This document shows positions 19,031-28,298 of a stretch of DNA of 47,165 nucleotides, piece after piece. Under the pieces are notes generated by a model, which saw only the letters and a list, made by a program, of their open reading frames with translations, searched no databases and had not been told where the DNA came from. Numbering within the stretch: the stretch's first letter is position 1; every line of letters starts with the position of its first letter. The position numbers and the translations under genes were made by a program. This stretch comes from a virus. Its lineage: Duplodnaviria; Caudoviricetes. The stretch lies in the IMG/VR virus record IMGVR_UViG_3300038406_000164, positions 1-47,165 of that record; one strand, written 5' to 3'.

Positions 19031-19731
19031 TAGTACCTCGCAACGCCTGTAATGATCGCAGTAGTTGATGTAAGCCCCACCATAGTAATTAGAGCTCTTG
19101 TATCTGGATCGCTATCAAGATCAGTAATCGTATCGTTTGCCCCTAGATAGTTGGCGTGGAACGACGCTTCTCGAACTGTGCCATCAGTCGTAACAAATAT
19201 GCTTCTGGTTGTTCCAATCTGCACATTGGTCGGAGCACCAAAGGCCCTATTGCCAGCCAGTATTACCTCGGCGTTTATAAAGGTATCCCAATCTATATCA
19301 ATGGTTGCAGCGTCAGTCAAAGTCACTAACGCAGCCGCGCTCTCCAAGTCCTCAGCGCATATCGCTAACGCTCCAGCCGCCGCTGATCTTATCTCAGCGT
19401 CTGTCGCCTTTTCAACGCCCCCTAAAGCATCTTCAGCTGCAGCCTGTACTATGTTTGCAAATGCCGTCGCTGGGACAGCGACATCACTGAGATTATCAGC
19501 AGCTGACAAGGAATCAGTTATTAGACCAGCTCCAGCGCTCCTCAGTGACGCACCACCTGTCCCATTAAACAGAGCCACATGCCCATCAACAACTGGAGGC
19601 GTTGCGCCCTCCATCTTGTCCGCATTAAGGTTGGTCGCGTTGGTTACATGAGTGGTATGATCTGCATTGTATATGGCAGACGTAAGAACAGTCCCAGACG
19701 CCCTGGTTGTATGCCCAATTATAGTGCTCAT
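19030..19731 (-). CDS. Putative tail fibre protein
   Basis: DNLSDV and LTDAATIDIDW...LAGNRAFGAPTN motifs seen in tail fibres. Confidence 0.55.
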   Translation of the reverse strand: MSTIIGHTTRASGTVLTSAIYNADHTTHVTNATNLNADKMEGATPPVVDGHVALFNGTGGASLRSAGAGLITDSLSAADNLSDVAVPATAFANIVQAAAEDALGGVEKATDAEIRSAAAGALAICAEDLESAAALVTLTDAATIDIDWDTFINAEVILAGNRAFGAPTNVQIGTTRSIFVTTDGTVREASFHANYLGANDTITDLDSDPDTRALITMVGLTSTTAIITGVARY

Positions 19732-20096
19732 ATTAGGCCTCCACGACCGAATGCAGCCGTGACGAATCGCGGCTTCTCTCGATGCTCATTTATGATAAGG
19801 AACCTGGAACGAGCTGGTTCATCCATATCTGCAGCCATATACTTCATGTCAGCTTTATGCAATTCATTCATCAGCTTAGTAGATCCGCTGACTATCGGCA
19901 CGCAGTTTCTACATAGGTTGGTTATATGAGACGTGCCATCACTAAAGCGCATCTTCAGCTCTGCATAGAGCTTGTCGTGTATCGTTAAGGTGCCATAAAT
20001 CTGCGTTCCACACACCTTGCAGAACATATTCAGGGTTTGGCCAGTGGCAGCTTTTTCTATGTAATCAGGGCGCTTAAGCATTTCTCTGGCCATCAT
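19728..20096 (-). CDS. Hypothetical zinc-binding protein
   Basis: CKVC...CRNC; start placed at the ATG overlapping the nozzle 3' end. Confidence 0.55.
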   Translation of the reverse strand: MMAREMLKRPDYIEKAATGQTLNMFCKVCGTQIYGTLTIHDKLYAELKMRFSDGTSHITNLCRNCVPIVSGSTKLMNELHKADMKYMAADMDEPARSRFLIINEHREKPRFVTAAFGRGGLI

Positions 20097-21666
20097 CCGC
20101 CGGAGTGTACGATACACGAAACTCAGATATCCGAACTTCCTCATTGAGGCTGTCGTTTCTAACCCTGAGGCGCAGTCGCTTTCCGGACCCCTTCAGTTTT
20201 CGTCTAATAGTAGTAATTCCCGACGCCCCCAGTGCATGAATATCAAGTATAAATGTGTCAAGCCCTATCAGCGCCGTTCCTATATCTACGGATATGCTGT
20301 CAGATTCATACCCATCCCAAAATGGCGTGATCATGATATTGGTATGTGATACTACATCTGCCACAATATGCAGAGCATGTCCATTTTTGTTCACGCCTGC
20401 AAAGTCTGGATTAACGAACCCAAAGTCCATCTCAGACGTCTCAATCTCCATCTCAAACGCAACGCCATCTTTATTCCTGGTCTCCTGGTCCATCAACCAC
20501 ACGAAGCCCTCGTCGTCTCCTAGCGTAGGAATCTGCACTCCAGTAGCGTCCGGGCGCAGCCACAGCGCCGTCCCTATGTCCCTCCGGGATATCAGGTATC
20601 GAAGCCCCAGCTCGGGATCGTTGAAGTCAATCACCATCCTGACATTATTGAGAGTCGATCCAGCCCCAGGGAGCATGTACCACGCCTTGGACTTGACGCC
20701 ATACCATATACCCACTGCCTTTCTAATCTGCCCCAAATTAAGGTTCGTTCTGGCAAATACACTAATATCCACCGTCTTGCTTATGCTCGATGTATTAATA
20801 TCCCCAAGCTGATTAGCCGCTCCAATCAAGTGAAAGTTCCCACCATTGTCAGGGAATATCACATCACCGCTAATCGCAAACATCGAATGGGGGCTTACGC
20901 CCCCAACTGCGTCGGTAAGCTTACTTATGGCCCAGTTGGCAACGTCTGGGTCTCGAGTGTCCACCAGGTATATACCTCGCGGATACTTCCACAGTAGAAG
21001 TACCCCATTAAACGACAGTCCCCCAACAAGCTGCTCCCCTTCACCTGGGTATATCGACAGCTGTCCTGATCCGGTTCCCGTATAGTCTCCGTGATCAGTT
21101 GGGGTGGAGTAATATATCCGATGCGGATCATTGACATTGCCACCTCCCCATATGCGCCCCTCATGTTGCACACCAAAGATAGGAAACGCTGACGCCCAGT
21201 CGGCAGGCGGTACAGCTATGGCAGCCATTGTATTGGCAGTCCCCTCCACCACCTGCACCTGATGCGCCTCACAAAACAGGAACAGCTTTCTTGCCTCGCC
21301 AACTGCCTCGCCACCCCCCAACACAAAGAATGGAGAATACACTGATGGAGTGCCCAGGGAACTCACCAGCGTAGTGCCAAACGTCCCCGCGCCAGCGGCA
21401 TCCTTCTTTACAGTACCATCATCCAGTGACACTACATCGTGATACTCACCTGGCACCGGACTCCAACTTATGCCAGCCTGCACCCCGCCGCTCAACGCTG
21501 AAGCGTTGAGCTTAGTCGCACCGCCCTCCTTAATGAGCGACCCGCCATCCAGATCAAGTCCCTCTGTGAAGCTAAGGTGTCCAGGACCAAGCTTACTGGG
21601 ATTCCTAGATCCATGGAAGCCCTGGAGACCAACCGGAATTGTACTTGTCAAGCCCCTGAAAGCCAT
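20074..21666 (-). CDS. Tail nozzle / packaged-DNA stabilisation protein (P22 gp10 / T7 gp12-like)
   Basis: 530 aa, beta-propeller-like (HEGRIWGGG..PHRIYYS), C-terminal GKRLRLRV; gene context. Confidence 0.65.
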   Translation of the reverse strand: MAFRGLTSTIPVGLQGFHGSRNPSKLGPGHLSFTEGLDLDGGSLIKEGGATKLNASALSGGVQAGISWSPVPGEYHDVVSLDDGTVKKDAAGAGTFGTTLVSSLGTPSVYSPFFVLGGGEAVGEARKLFLFCEAHQVQVVEGTANTMAAIAVPPADWASAFPIFGVQHEGRIWGGGNVNDPHRIYYSTPTDHGDYTGTGSGQLSIYPGEGEQLVGGLSFNGVLLLWKYPRGIYLVDTRDPDVANWAISKLTDAVGGVSPHSMFAISGDVIFPDNGGNFHLIGAANQLGDINTSSISKTVDISVFARTNLNLGQIRKAVGIWYGVKSKAWYMLPGAGSTLNNVRMVIDFNDPELGLRYLISRRDIGTALWLRPDATGVQIPTLGDDEGFVWLMDQETRNKDGVAFEMEIETSEMDFGFVNPDFAGVNKNGHALHIVADVVSHTNIMITPFWDGYESDSISVDIGTALIGLDTFILDIHALGASGITTIRRKLKGSGKRLRLRVRNDSLNEEVRISEFRVSYTPADDGQRNA

Positions 21667-21696
21667 CGTCCCATCACCATCAAAATTCGACGCCTG

Positions 21697-21717
21697 ATTG
21701 GCCCATTTTGGGCCAAT
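21697..21717. promoter_or_regulatory. 21-bp palindrome, copy 3
   Basis: ATTGGCCCA-TTT-TGGGCCAAT. Confidence 0.75.
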
Positions 21718-21732
21718 ATAGTGGCCAACCCA

Positions 21733-22905
21733 TCAACCGATAACCACCCCATAGGAGTGAGATGAGCCACTTGCCATATCTGGCGCACTCACACTGGATG
21801 CTGCAATTATATCATTCGCCAGGAGCACGTGAAGCTGCCCCAATATGAGAGTACCTACCGACGACTCAGCAACTACATCCTCCGCTTGAATATGGTGTAC
21901 ATCCGTAGACAGCACAGGCTCACTAACACTCGATGCAGAAACTACACCCTCGGCTCCCAGTGCGTGCACCTGACCAACATCAGGATCCGACACACTCGAC
22001 GCCGACGCCACATCCTCCGCCAACAAGTTATTCACAGTCGACGGCACATCCGTAACGGCAGGCTCCGTCACGGAGGATGCAGAGGATACGTCATCAGCAC
22101 TCAGAGCATGGGCCTGCGTGAGTGCTGGCACACTCACATTTGATGCACTGACCACGTCATCAGCTGTTAATGCATGAATCTGTGTCAGCGCTGTAGCGCT
22201 GACACTTGATGCACTCGCTACGTCATTGGCTGTTAATGCATGAATCTGCCCAAGCGCTGGCGACGTCACACTGGATGCAGATGCCACATCGTTGGCTAGT
22301 AACTCATCAGCCGATGCCTCAGACTCATTAAGAGTAATTGCCATACAGGCTTTGAATTCACCAGTATGCGTTGCACTCCATGAAGTTTCCGCTGCAATCT
22401 TATAGGCAACTGCGATCCTGGCATCATTGAATGTACTGTTGGATATGACCTCTGTCTGCCCATTATTGGTGGCAGTCGTAGTCGCATCAGTAAATGTGTT
22501 GATAATGCCAACTATAGCGTCCGCAGCAGTTAGACCAGTGACAGAAGTGTTATTAGCGGAACCACTATCAGCAACCGGAGTTGTCTGATCGACACCTGAA
22601 AAGTAAAGCAGCGCCCCATTGACGCCTTCAGTACCGGCAGCATTCCAGTTCCAAGAAAGGGTCCTTGAGCCTGTCAACGGCGCTGCTAAATATGCCAGCG
22701 CACATATATTAACACTGCCGGCAAATAGAGTCATCGCGACTCCGCCGAGCGATATGGTAGGTGTTCCAGAAGCCCATATGTCAGCGCTATTCCAGCCGCC
22801 GCCAACCCACACAACAAAATCACACCCAGCAGGCACGGTCATCGCCTGCGTGCTGTTCTGCGCAGTTGACTGAACGACCTCATGGGAGATGAATGCGATA
22901 GCCAC
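21733..22905 (-). CDS. Structural fibre-like protein with about 8 x 22-aa repeats
   Basis: C-terminal half consists of LxAxDVxSASSVxxPxLxQxHA repeats. Confidence 0.6.
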   Translation of the reverse strand: MAIAFISHEVVQSTAQNSTQAMTVPAGCDFVVWVGGGWNSADIWASGTPTISLGGVAMTLFAGSVNICALAYLAAPLTGSRTLSWNWNAAGTEGVNGALLYFSGVDQTTPVADSGSANNTSVTGLTAADAIVGIINTFTDATTTATNNGQTEVISNSTFNDARIAVAYKIAAETSWSATHTGEFKACMAITLNESEASADELLANDVASASSVTSPALGQIHALTANDVASASSVSATALTQIHALTADDVVSASNVSVPALTQAHALSADDVSSASSVTEPAVTDVPSTVNNLLAEDVASASSVSDPDVGQVHALGAEGVVSASSVSEPVLSTDVHHIQAEDVVAESSVGTLILGQLHVLLANDIIAASSVSAPDMASGSSHSYGVVIG

Positions 22906-22916
22906 CAGGCTAACTC

Positions 22917-23282
22917 CTACGCGGCGTCAGCTATCGTGATTGATATTGCATCTAGCGTGAACGTATTGCCGCTAGTCACACCCTGCGACGCCGACAGAGC
23001 TCCAGTAGCCACCAGAATGGCCGACCCGTCTGACAGTGCCCAGTGCGTCGCGGTGCCCGTCCCAGTCACGTCACCATCCGTAATGGCTGGCACAATAACT
23101 CGCCTACCATTCGTCGCACCGTTCTGCGTAGCTCCAGTGTTCAATCCAGTCTTGTTACCAAGCGTAACAGCGGCGATACCCCCAAATGTGGCTGGCTCCG
23201 CACTGCATATGTCGATCTTGGTTCCATTCGTATCCGCAAAGTCCAAACCCTGATCGAATACCTCGTCACTAATAAAGGCCAT
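22917..23282 (-). CDS. Small structural protein (fibre-associated)
   Basis: GTATHWAL...SQGVTSGNTFTL; GGAG RBS. Confidence 0.6.
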   Translation of the reverse strand: MAFISDEVFDQGLDFADTNGTKIDICSAEPATFGGIAAVTLGNKTGLNTGATQNGATNGRRVIVPAITDGDVTGTGTATHWALSDGSAILVATGALSASQGVTSGNTFTLDAISITIADAA

Positions 23283-23291
23283 GTGAGTCTC

Positions 23292-24761
23292 CTATGGTCT
23301 CGACACAATCAGCGCTATCGTCACTCGCTTGATGTCCGTTGCACTATTCACGTTGAATGTCAGCGTATCGCCTGCCGTAATTGCCTTATCCCACCCCGTT
23401 AGAGCATTGTCCTTACTCTTATCTGCCGCAGTGATCGTTATGGGCGCGGCTCCTACGATGCTATCACCTACATCCGGCGGGAAGTCATCATACGACGTCT
23501 TCCACACGTCAATCTCAATATCGCCAACTTCATTGGCGAGCGCTATCGCTGAGTCAATCGTACAATCGAACCCGATTACAAGATCGCCCTTATCCCCCGA
23601 TACAAGCGCCACCCCGCCTCCATCAATCACGTAGTTGATGACCGTCACGCCAAGCGTAGCAATGCCCGCCGCTAACGCGACGGCTATGGCAACATTCATC
23701 TGTGAAGTTGTGGAGAAATCGACTGGATCGTGGATCGACCACCCGTCCAGGTTGGCAGACCACGCCTGGACCAACGATCCTATGTCGGCAGCAGTCAGAC
23801 CACCAGGGGAGCCACTTGAGTCACTACCAGTTTTGAAACTGCGACTACCGAAAGGGCCATCAAAAAAAAATTTGCCCCTTGTACTTATGTGGCCTATCTC
23901 CCCTCCCATCTTGGTGATTTGTCGTCGATTTTCTTTAAGCATAGCTGCCAGTCCTGTCCTTGCGGACAGGGCCGTAGCGTTACTCCGATCATCGTTCAGC
24001 TCAAGATACAGGTATGTAAGGGCCATATCAGCCAGCAGATGGCGCCACTGGATCGGTATTACTGGGATCGAGTCATCGCTATCCGTCAGCTCATCTACCA
24101 ACTTCCTGTACCGATACTCAACGCGCATGGAGCTTCCATCTGTAAGCCCACCATGCGAGAACCTTACGGTTCTCGAGTCTTCCAGCGCGAACGCCGTCGA
24201 TATGCCCGTACTAAGATCGGGCAACGGATACAGATTGTCCATCCTCTCTGGTGACAATCCAATGATGTTTGTATTGCCCTTGAAGCCAACCATCGGACTA
24301 ATCAGACTGGCCACCTGATCGCTCAGCGTGTAGTGTACTTTCATGAGTGTGTACTTGGCTACCGCATTAGTCAGACCCGTATACGGCGAGTCCAGCACAG
24401 CAGCAGTCGCGCCAGCCGTATGCTCAGCTATCTCAAACTGCTCACCATAACCCTCAATCTTGATGCGGAAGCCCACTACAGACGTAGGCGCGGGCGCGGC
24501 GCTAAACGTGATGTTGTCACTATCTTGTGTGAGAGATACAAGGCCTGTAGTGGCCGGCTCAAGTGTGATAACGTCCGTACCACGCAGCCACCACCAGTCC
24601 TCTACGTATTCAGGAAGAAACTCGGAGGCGCCAGCAGCCAGAGTATTGTAAGATCTGTTAATATAATCAATAACTGCTGCACCAAAGTCTTCAGACGAGG
24701 CAGCCTCGCCGCCACGGCGCAGCACGTCAGTCTTGATCTGTCGGGTAGTGATATATGGCAC
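23292..24761 (-). CDS. Head-tail adaptor with a C-terminal appended domain
   Basis: DYINRSYNTL and PVIPIQWRHLLADMAL are adaptor-like; an extra ~180-aa domain follows a GSDSSGSPGG linker. Confidence 0.6.
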   Translation of the reverse strand: MPYITTRQIKTDVLRRGGEAASSEDFGAAVIDYINRSYNTLAAGASEFLPEYVEDWWWLRGTDVITLEPATTGLVSLTQDSDNITFSAAPAPTSVVGFRIKIEGYGEQFEIAEHTAGATAAVLDSPYTGLTNAVAKYTLMKVHYTLSDQVASLISPMVGFKGNTNIIGLSPERMDNLYPLPDLSTGISTAFALEDSRTVRFSHGGLTDGSSMRVEYRYRKLVDELTDSDDSIPVIPIQWRHLLADMALTYLYLELNDDRSNATALSARTGLAAMLKENRRQITKMGGEIGHISTRGKFFFDGPFGSRSFKTGSDSSGSPGGLTAADIGSLVQAWSANLDGWSIHDPVDFSTTSQMNVAIAVALAAGIATLGVTVINYVIDGGGVALVSGDKGDLVIGFDCTIDSAIALANEVGDIEIDVWKTSYDDFPPDVGDSIVGAAPITITAADKSKDNALTGWDKAITAGDTLTFNVNSATDIKRVTIALIVSRP

Positions 24762-24785
24762 GAGACGCCTCCTGTGGCGCCTCGA

Positions 24786-24977
24786 TCAGCCGAGGCGCGT
24801 GAAACCACGACGCGCAGTCTCATTGGATACCGGCCCAGATTCCACCTTAGTGGACACTACATCAGCATCAGCCCTGACCAGGTGCCCCTTGGGCAACCTG
24901 GTCACGTAGTCTTGATCCTGATTGTACTGGATATGGCGTTGAACCCTATTCGGGTTCTCCATCTCTCGCTCAGGCAT
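24786..24977 (-). CDS. Small hypothetical protein
   Basis: Coupled ORF within the operon. Confidence 0.5.
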   Translation of the reverse strand: MPEREMENPNRVQRHIQYNQDQDYVTRLPKGHLVRADADVVSTKVESGPVSNETARRGFTRLG

Positions 24978-25359
24978 CTTGTACCTTCACATCAGCAACA
25001 GCTGGGGCAGACCCGAATCTCTTCGCCGTCTCCTTCTTGGACAGGGCAGCCGGAACGGGCTTGGCGTCTTCCTTGAAGTTCTCCGCGCGCTTCAGTCGTT
25101 GATCCGCATCTACGACAAAGCCTAAAGAGATCCGGGTCTTCTCGGGAAGGGCCGCAACGGCGTCATGTGCCCACTCGGGCACTTTCTCTTCATCAATAGG
25201 GTTTCCCCCAGCGCCGAAGAACTCGCCGTCTTGGGCCACAACAGTCCCTTCATTCATCTTCGTGAAGCGGGCATATGGCTTGACGTTGTAGCCAACTTGC
25301 GTGCCACCCTTCACCTTAATGACCGTATGGGTCATGAAGTCTGCTTTGCGCCTAGCCAT
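24970..25359 (-). CDS. Hypothetical protein
   Basis: GGAGG RBS; in operon. Confidence 0.6.
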   Translation of the reverse strand: MARRKADFMTHTVIKVKGGTQVGYNVKPYARFTKMNEGTVVAQDGEFFGAGGNPIDEEKVPEWAHDAVAALPEKTRISLGFVVDADQRLKRAENFKEDAKPVPAALSKKETAKRFGSAPAVADVKVQDA

Positions 25360-25360
25360 C

Positions 25361-25789
25361 TTACGTCAACGCCTCCGTCATGACGGGGAAGTTAGCTGGT
25401 TGCTCCCAGTGCCTTTCTAGGTACACTGTAACGGCCACAGCACCAGTACTCGTGGCATCGCCATCAGTCTCGATGACAATCGCCTCGCCGGGATCAACCC
25501 GAAGGTCCAGACCATCCCTGTAGAAGACGTCACCGACAGATGCTGCCAGCGGGATAGTCATAATTGCATGATTGACCCTACCACTAGCAGATCCTGCGGT
25601 TGGCTGAAAGTCCAGTTCCACGCTAGCTGGCGCGGTTCCGACCACCTCAGTCACAACAGCGGCGATAGCCCTAACCGTAAACCCAACATAGCCTGCAACC
25701 AACCTTCCCAGGTCAGCCGCTGTAGCCAGGTCGGCGGCAGTCCCGGCAACAACCTGCACCTCTTCATAGATGCGCATTTGCGAGCCCAT
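25361..25789 (-). CDS. Putative capsid decoration/cement protein
   Basis: Beta-rich, 142 aa, directly after the MCP; GGAGG RBS. Confidence 0.55.
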   Translation of the reverse strand: MGSQMRIYEEVQVVAGTAADLATAADLGRLVAGYVGFTVRAIAAVVTEVVGTAPASVELDFQPTAGSASGRVNHAIMTIPLAASVGDVFYRDGLDLRVDPGEAIVIETDGDATSTGAVAVTVYLERHWEQPANFPVMTEALT

Positions 25790-25799
25790 GCTAACCTCC

Positions 25800-26747
25800 T
25801 TAAGCGTCGCTGGTCACATGCACGATCTTGGCCTCACCGACATTGCCGGTTTCCCAGATCGGCTGGAAATCAAGAATACCGTACCACGCGACAGCCTTCG
25901 AACGACCGAAGTCCTGCGGGATAGCAGCACGAAGCTCAGGGGTCATGGCCTCAGCGAGTGCCACGGAGTCGTCTCCGAACACCACACCTTCGCCAAGCAC
26001 ATCACTAGTGCCGGTCTTACCTAGCGCCCTGGCATGGTTGGTCTCCATGAAGCGCACACCCTCAATGCGACCAACTTCACCGTTGAATTTGGCCTGAGGG
26101 TCCGTATACTTATGCCACTCTTCCCAGTCATCATCCCGCTTGATGCCACGAAGGCCAAGCGTGCGGAAGATGCCCAGATAGTCCCCACCTTCGAGCGGCG
26201 GGACCAACAGCGTATCGAACATATAGTCGCGAATCTCTTCCACATGGAAGATGTTCATATTCGACGCTGCCGTATCTCCAGGGATACCATCAGCCGTAAT
26301 CAGGTTGGTACTGGCCGTGAGCGGGATGTACTTGATCTGCGTGGCCTTGAAGGCAGTCGCTGCCTTTGTATCCAGCACAAGTCGCATCTGGTCCCGCAGC
26401 TTTCGCTGGATCGGGTTCTCCAGATCGAACATGCTCAGGTCAAGTGCCAGGCTGGTGTACGGAACAGACCGACCAAGTTCCTTGACTGTGATCTGGCGAG
26501 TAGACAGCTCGAATTCATCTTCAGGAATCCGAATCGTCTCCTCCAGGTCCGCACTCTCTGGCTCTTCGATGTTCCGAATCCGGGTAAGCGTAACGCTCTC
26601 ACCCTTCTTCTTTCCGAAGCCTGGAATGGTCGATGCATGTTCTACGAACACACTCATCTCGACCGCGGCTTCCCACATCTTAGTGCTCATGTGGTGATTC
26701 TTGTATGTCCCAGTAGGGGCATCAAAAGTCCATGTGTGGGTAGGCAT
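25800..26747 (-). CDS. Major capsid protein
   Basis: 315 aa following the scaffold; GKKKGESVTL, GEVGRIEGVRFMETN and DFGRSKAVAWYG resemble N4-gp56/P22-type coat proteins. Confidence 0.8.
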   Translation of the reverse strand: MPTHTWTFDAPTGTYKNHHMSTKMWEAAVEMSVFVEHASTIPGFGKKKGESVTLTRIRNIEEPESADLEETIRIPEDEFELSTRQITVKELGRSVPYTSLALDLSMFDLENPIQRKLRDQMRLVLDTKAATAFKATQIKYIPLTASTNLITADGIPGDTAASNMNIFHVEEIRDYMFDTLLVPPLEGGDYLGIFRTLGLRGIKRDDDWEEWHKYTDPQAKFNGEVGRIEGVRFMETNHARALGKTGTSDVLGEGVVFGDDSVALAEAMTPELRAAIPQDFGRSKAVAWYGILDFQPIWETGNVGEAKIVHVTSDA

Positions 26748-26757
26748 CTCACTTACC

Positions 26758-27465
26758 TTATGCTGCGGTTAAGCCCTTACGCTTGTTAGCCCTGCGCTGC
26801 TTGATAAAGTCCGAAATCGAACTTACCGATGCTTCGTCCTGCTTGGCAGGCGCCGCGCGCCTGGAAGGTGGGCCACCACCCTCAGCAATCGCCTTTTTAC
26901 GGGGGCGTTTCCCAGATAATTGCATAATCCTTTGGCGTGTCAAGTCGGCCAATTTATCCATCGCATCTGCCGACCGCATGTTGGCCAAATTCACCATATT
27001 CCTACCCAAAACCATCTCCACCATATCTTCATGCGCCCGAAGATCGCCATGACTTGAGTAGAACTGCTCCCAGAACTTGTTGCGGTTCTGCTCCTGCTGG
27101 TACTCGGCCTTCAGCCTTTGCGTAACCCTCTTTTCAATCATTTCCCCATGCAACTGCAAGGTCTTCTCCGGGTCAGCATACAACATAGTGCCCCAGTCCA
27201 CAGGCTCCGGCTCCGGCGCGGCCTGCCTCGGCTGAACAGGCGGGATGCTCCGCCTCAGGTCCTCATTCTCCTGCTCCAGCCGTCTCAATCGCGCCTCAAC
27301 AGGACTCTCCGTAGGTTGATCCTCGAAGTCCTCAGCCTCTTCCTCGTCTTCCGAATCTTCCTCAAGCTCGTCGTCGTCATCTTCGTCGTCATCAGGCCCT
27401 ATGCCCCCAAAGTCCCCACCGCCCATCACGTCAGGGTGAAACCTAGTCTTCCTTGCCATTGCCAT
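26758..27465 (-). CDS. Scaffolding protein
   Basis: Highly acidic N-terminus, coiled coil, basic C-terminus; directly upstream of the MCP. Confidence 0.65.
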   Translation of the reverse strand: MAMARKTRFHPDVMGGGDFGGIGPDDDEDDDDELEEDSEDEEEAEDFEDQPTESPVEARLRRLEQENEDLRRSIPPVQPRQAAPEPEPVDWGTMLYADPEKTLQLHGEMIEKRVTQRLKAEYQQEQNRNKFWEQFYSSHGDLRAHEDMVEMVLGRNMVNLANMRSADAMDKLADLTRQRIMQLSGKRPRKKAIAEGGGPPSRRAAPAKQDEASVSSISDFIKQRRANKRKGLTAA

Positions 27466-27718
27466 ACTCCCTTTTCATCGCGCTAATGCCTAAACGTTGC
27501 ACCGTATCCAGGCTGGACATGAGGCCCATCAGAGCCTTCATTTCAGCCACCTTCCCAACCAACATATCGTGGCTAGTATTCCCTGCCCTATATTCATTGA
27601 CCATCATAGTCATTGCATTCTTCAACTGCTCATCAATGAACGGCTTTACAATGGATTGCACAAGGGCCGCGTTGCGGCCCTCCTCCATGTCAATCTGATT
27701 ATCTTCAGACGTAGTCAT
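27443..27718 (-). CDS. Hypothetical protein
   Basis: Coupled ORF between portal and scaffold. Confidence 0.6.
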   Translation of the reverse strand: MTTSEDNQIDMEEGRNAALVQSIVKPFIDEQLKNAMTMMVNEYRAGNTSHDMLVGKVAEMKALMGLMSSLDTVQRLGISAMKREYGNGKED

Positions 27719-27999
27719 CCGAACTTCCGCCCTTCATTGGACATCATTCCAGACGGCAGGTACAGCAGCTTCGAGCCTGTCTTCTCCCTGATGCGTTGCA
27801 AGAGCAACGCATCAATTTCTAACAGGGTCCACATCGCCTTCTCCATGAAGTCCAACCTTTTGGCCAGATTATCCATCGGAATGCGATCCTTATTCATGTG
27901 AAACCACAACCCCAGATCAGCTAACCGCCTCTCAAGGATTTGATTCCCACTGTTGTTAGCATTGTGCGTCAGTTCGTCTATGAGGGCGTCCTTGCTCAT
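27715..27999 (-). CDS. Hypothetical protein
   Basis: ATGA-coupled ORF. Confidence 0.6.
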   Translation of the reverse strand: MSKDALIDELTHNANNSGNQILERRLADLGLWFHMNKDRIPMDNLAKRLDFMEKAMWTLLEIDALLLQRIREKTGSKLLYLPSGMMSNEGRKFG

Positions 28000-28229
28000 C
28001 GATTGGCGCTCTGCTCAGTTGACGACTGGCCCATTTCCTCATTAGTCCACTGACCCATGCTATTAGTCGCATGTGGCCCCGTGTCCTTCCCATCAGTAGT
28101 ATCCTTCGGCGCGCCCGTCTTGGGCGCCTTCCCCATATTTACCCGCGCATTAGGATGCGTCACCCGATCAACTCCATTGTGGGCGCGAGCCGTATCAACC
28201 ATCCTCTTGTACCCAATTCCCTTAGGCAT
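27996..28229 (-). CDS. Hypothetical protein
   Basis: AGGAG RBS. Confidence 0.55.
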   Translation of the reverse strand: MPKGIGYKRMVDTARAHNGVDRVTHPNARVNMGKAPKTGAPKDTTDGKDTGPHATNSMGQWTNEEMGQSSTEQSANR

Positions 28230-28298
28230 CAGTATCTCCTACTACGCTTGACATTCTTCTTCTTCGTCATCTTTTCCTTCTTGACCTTCTTCGATCCC

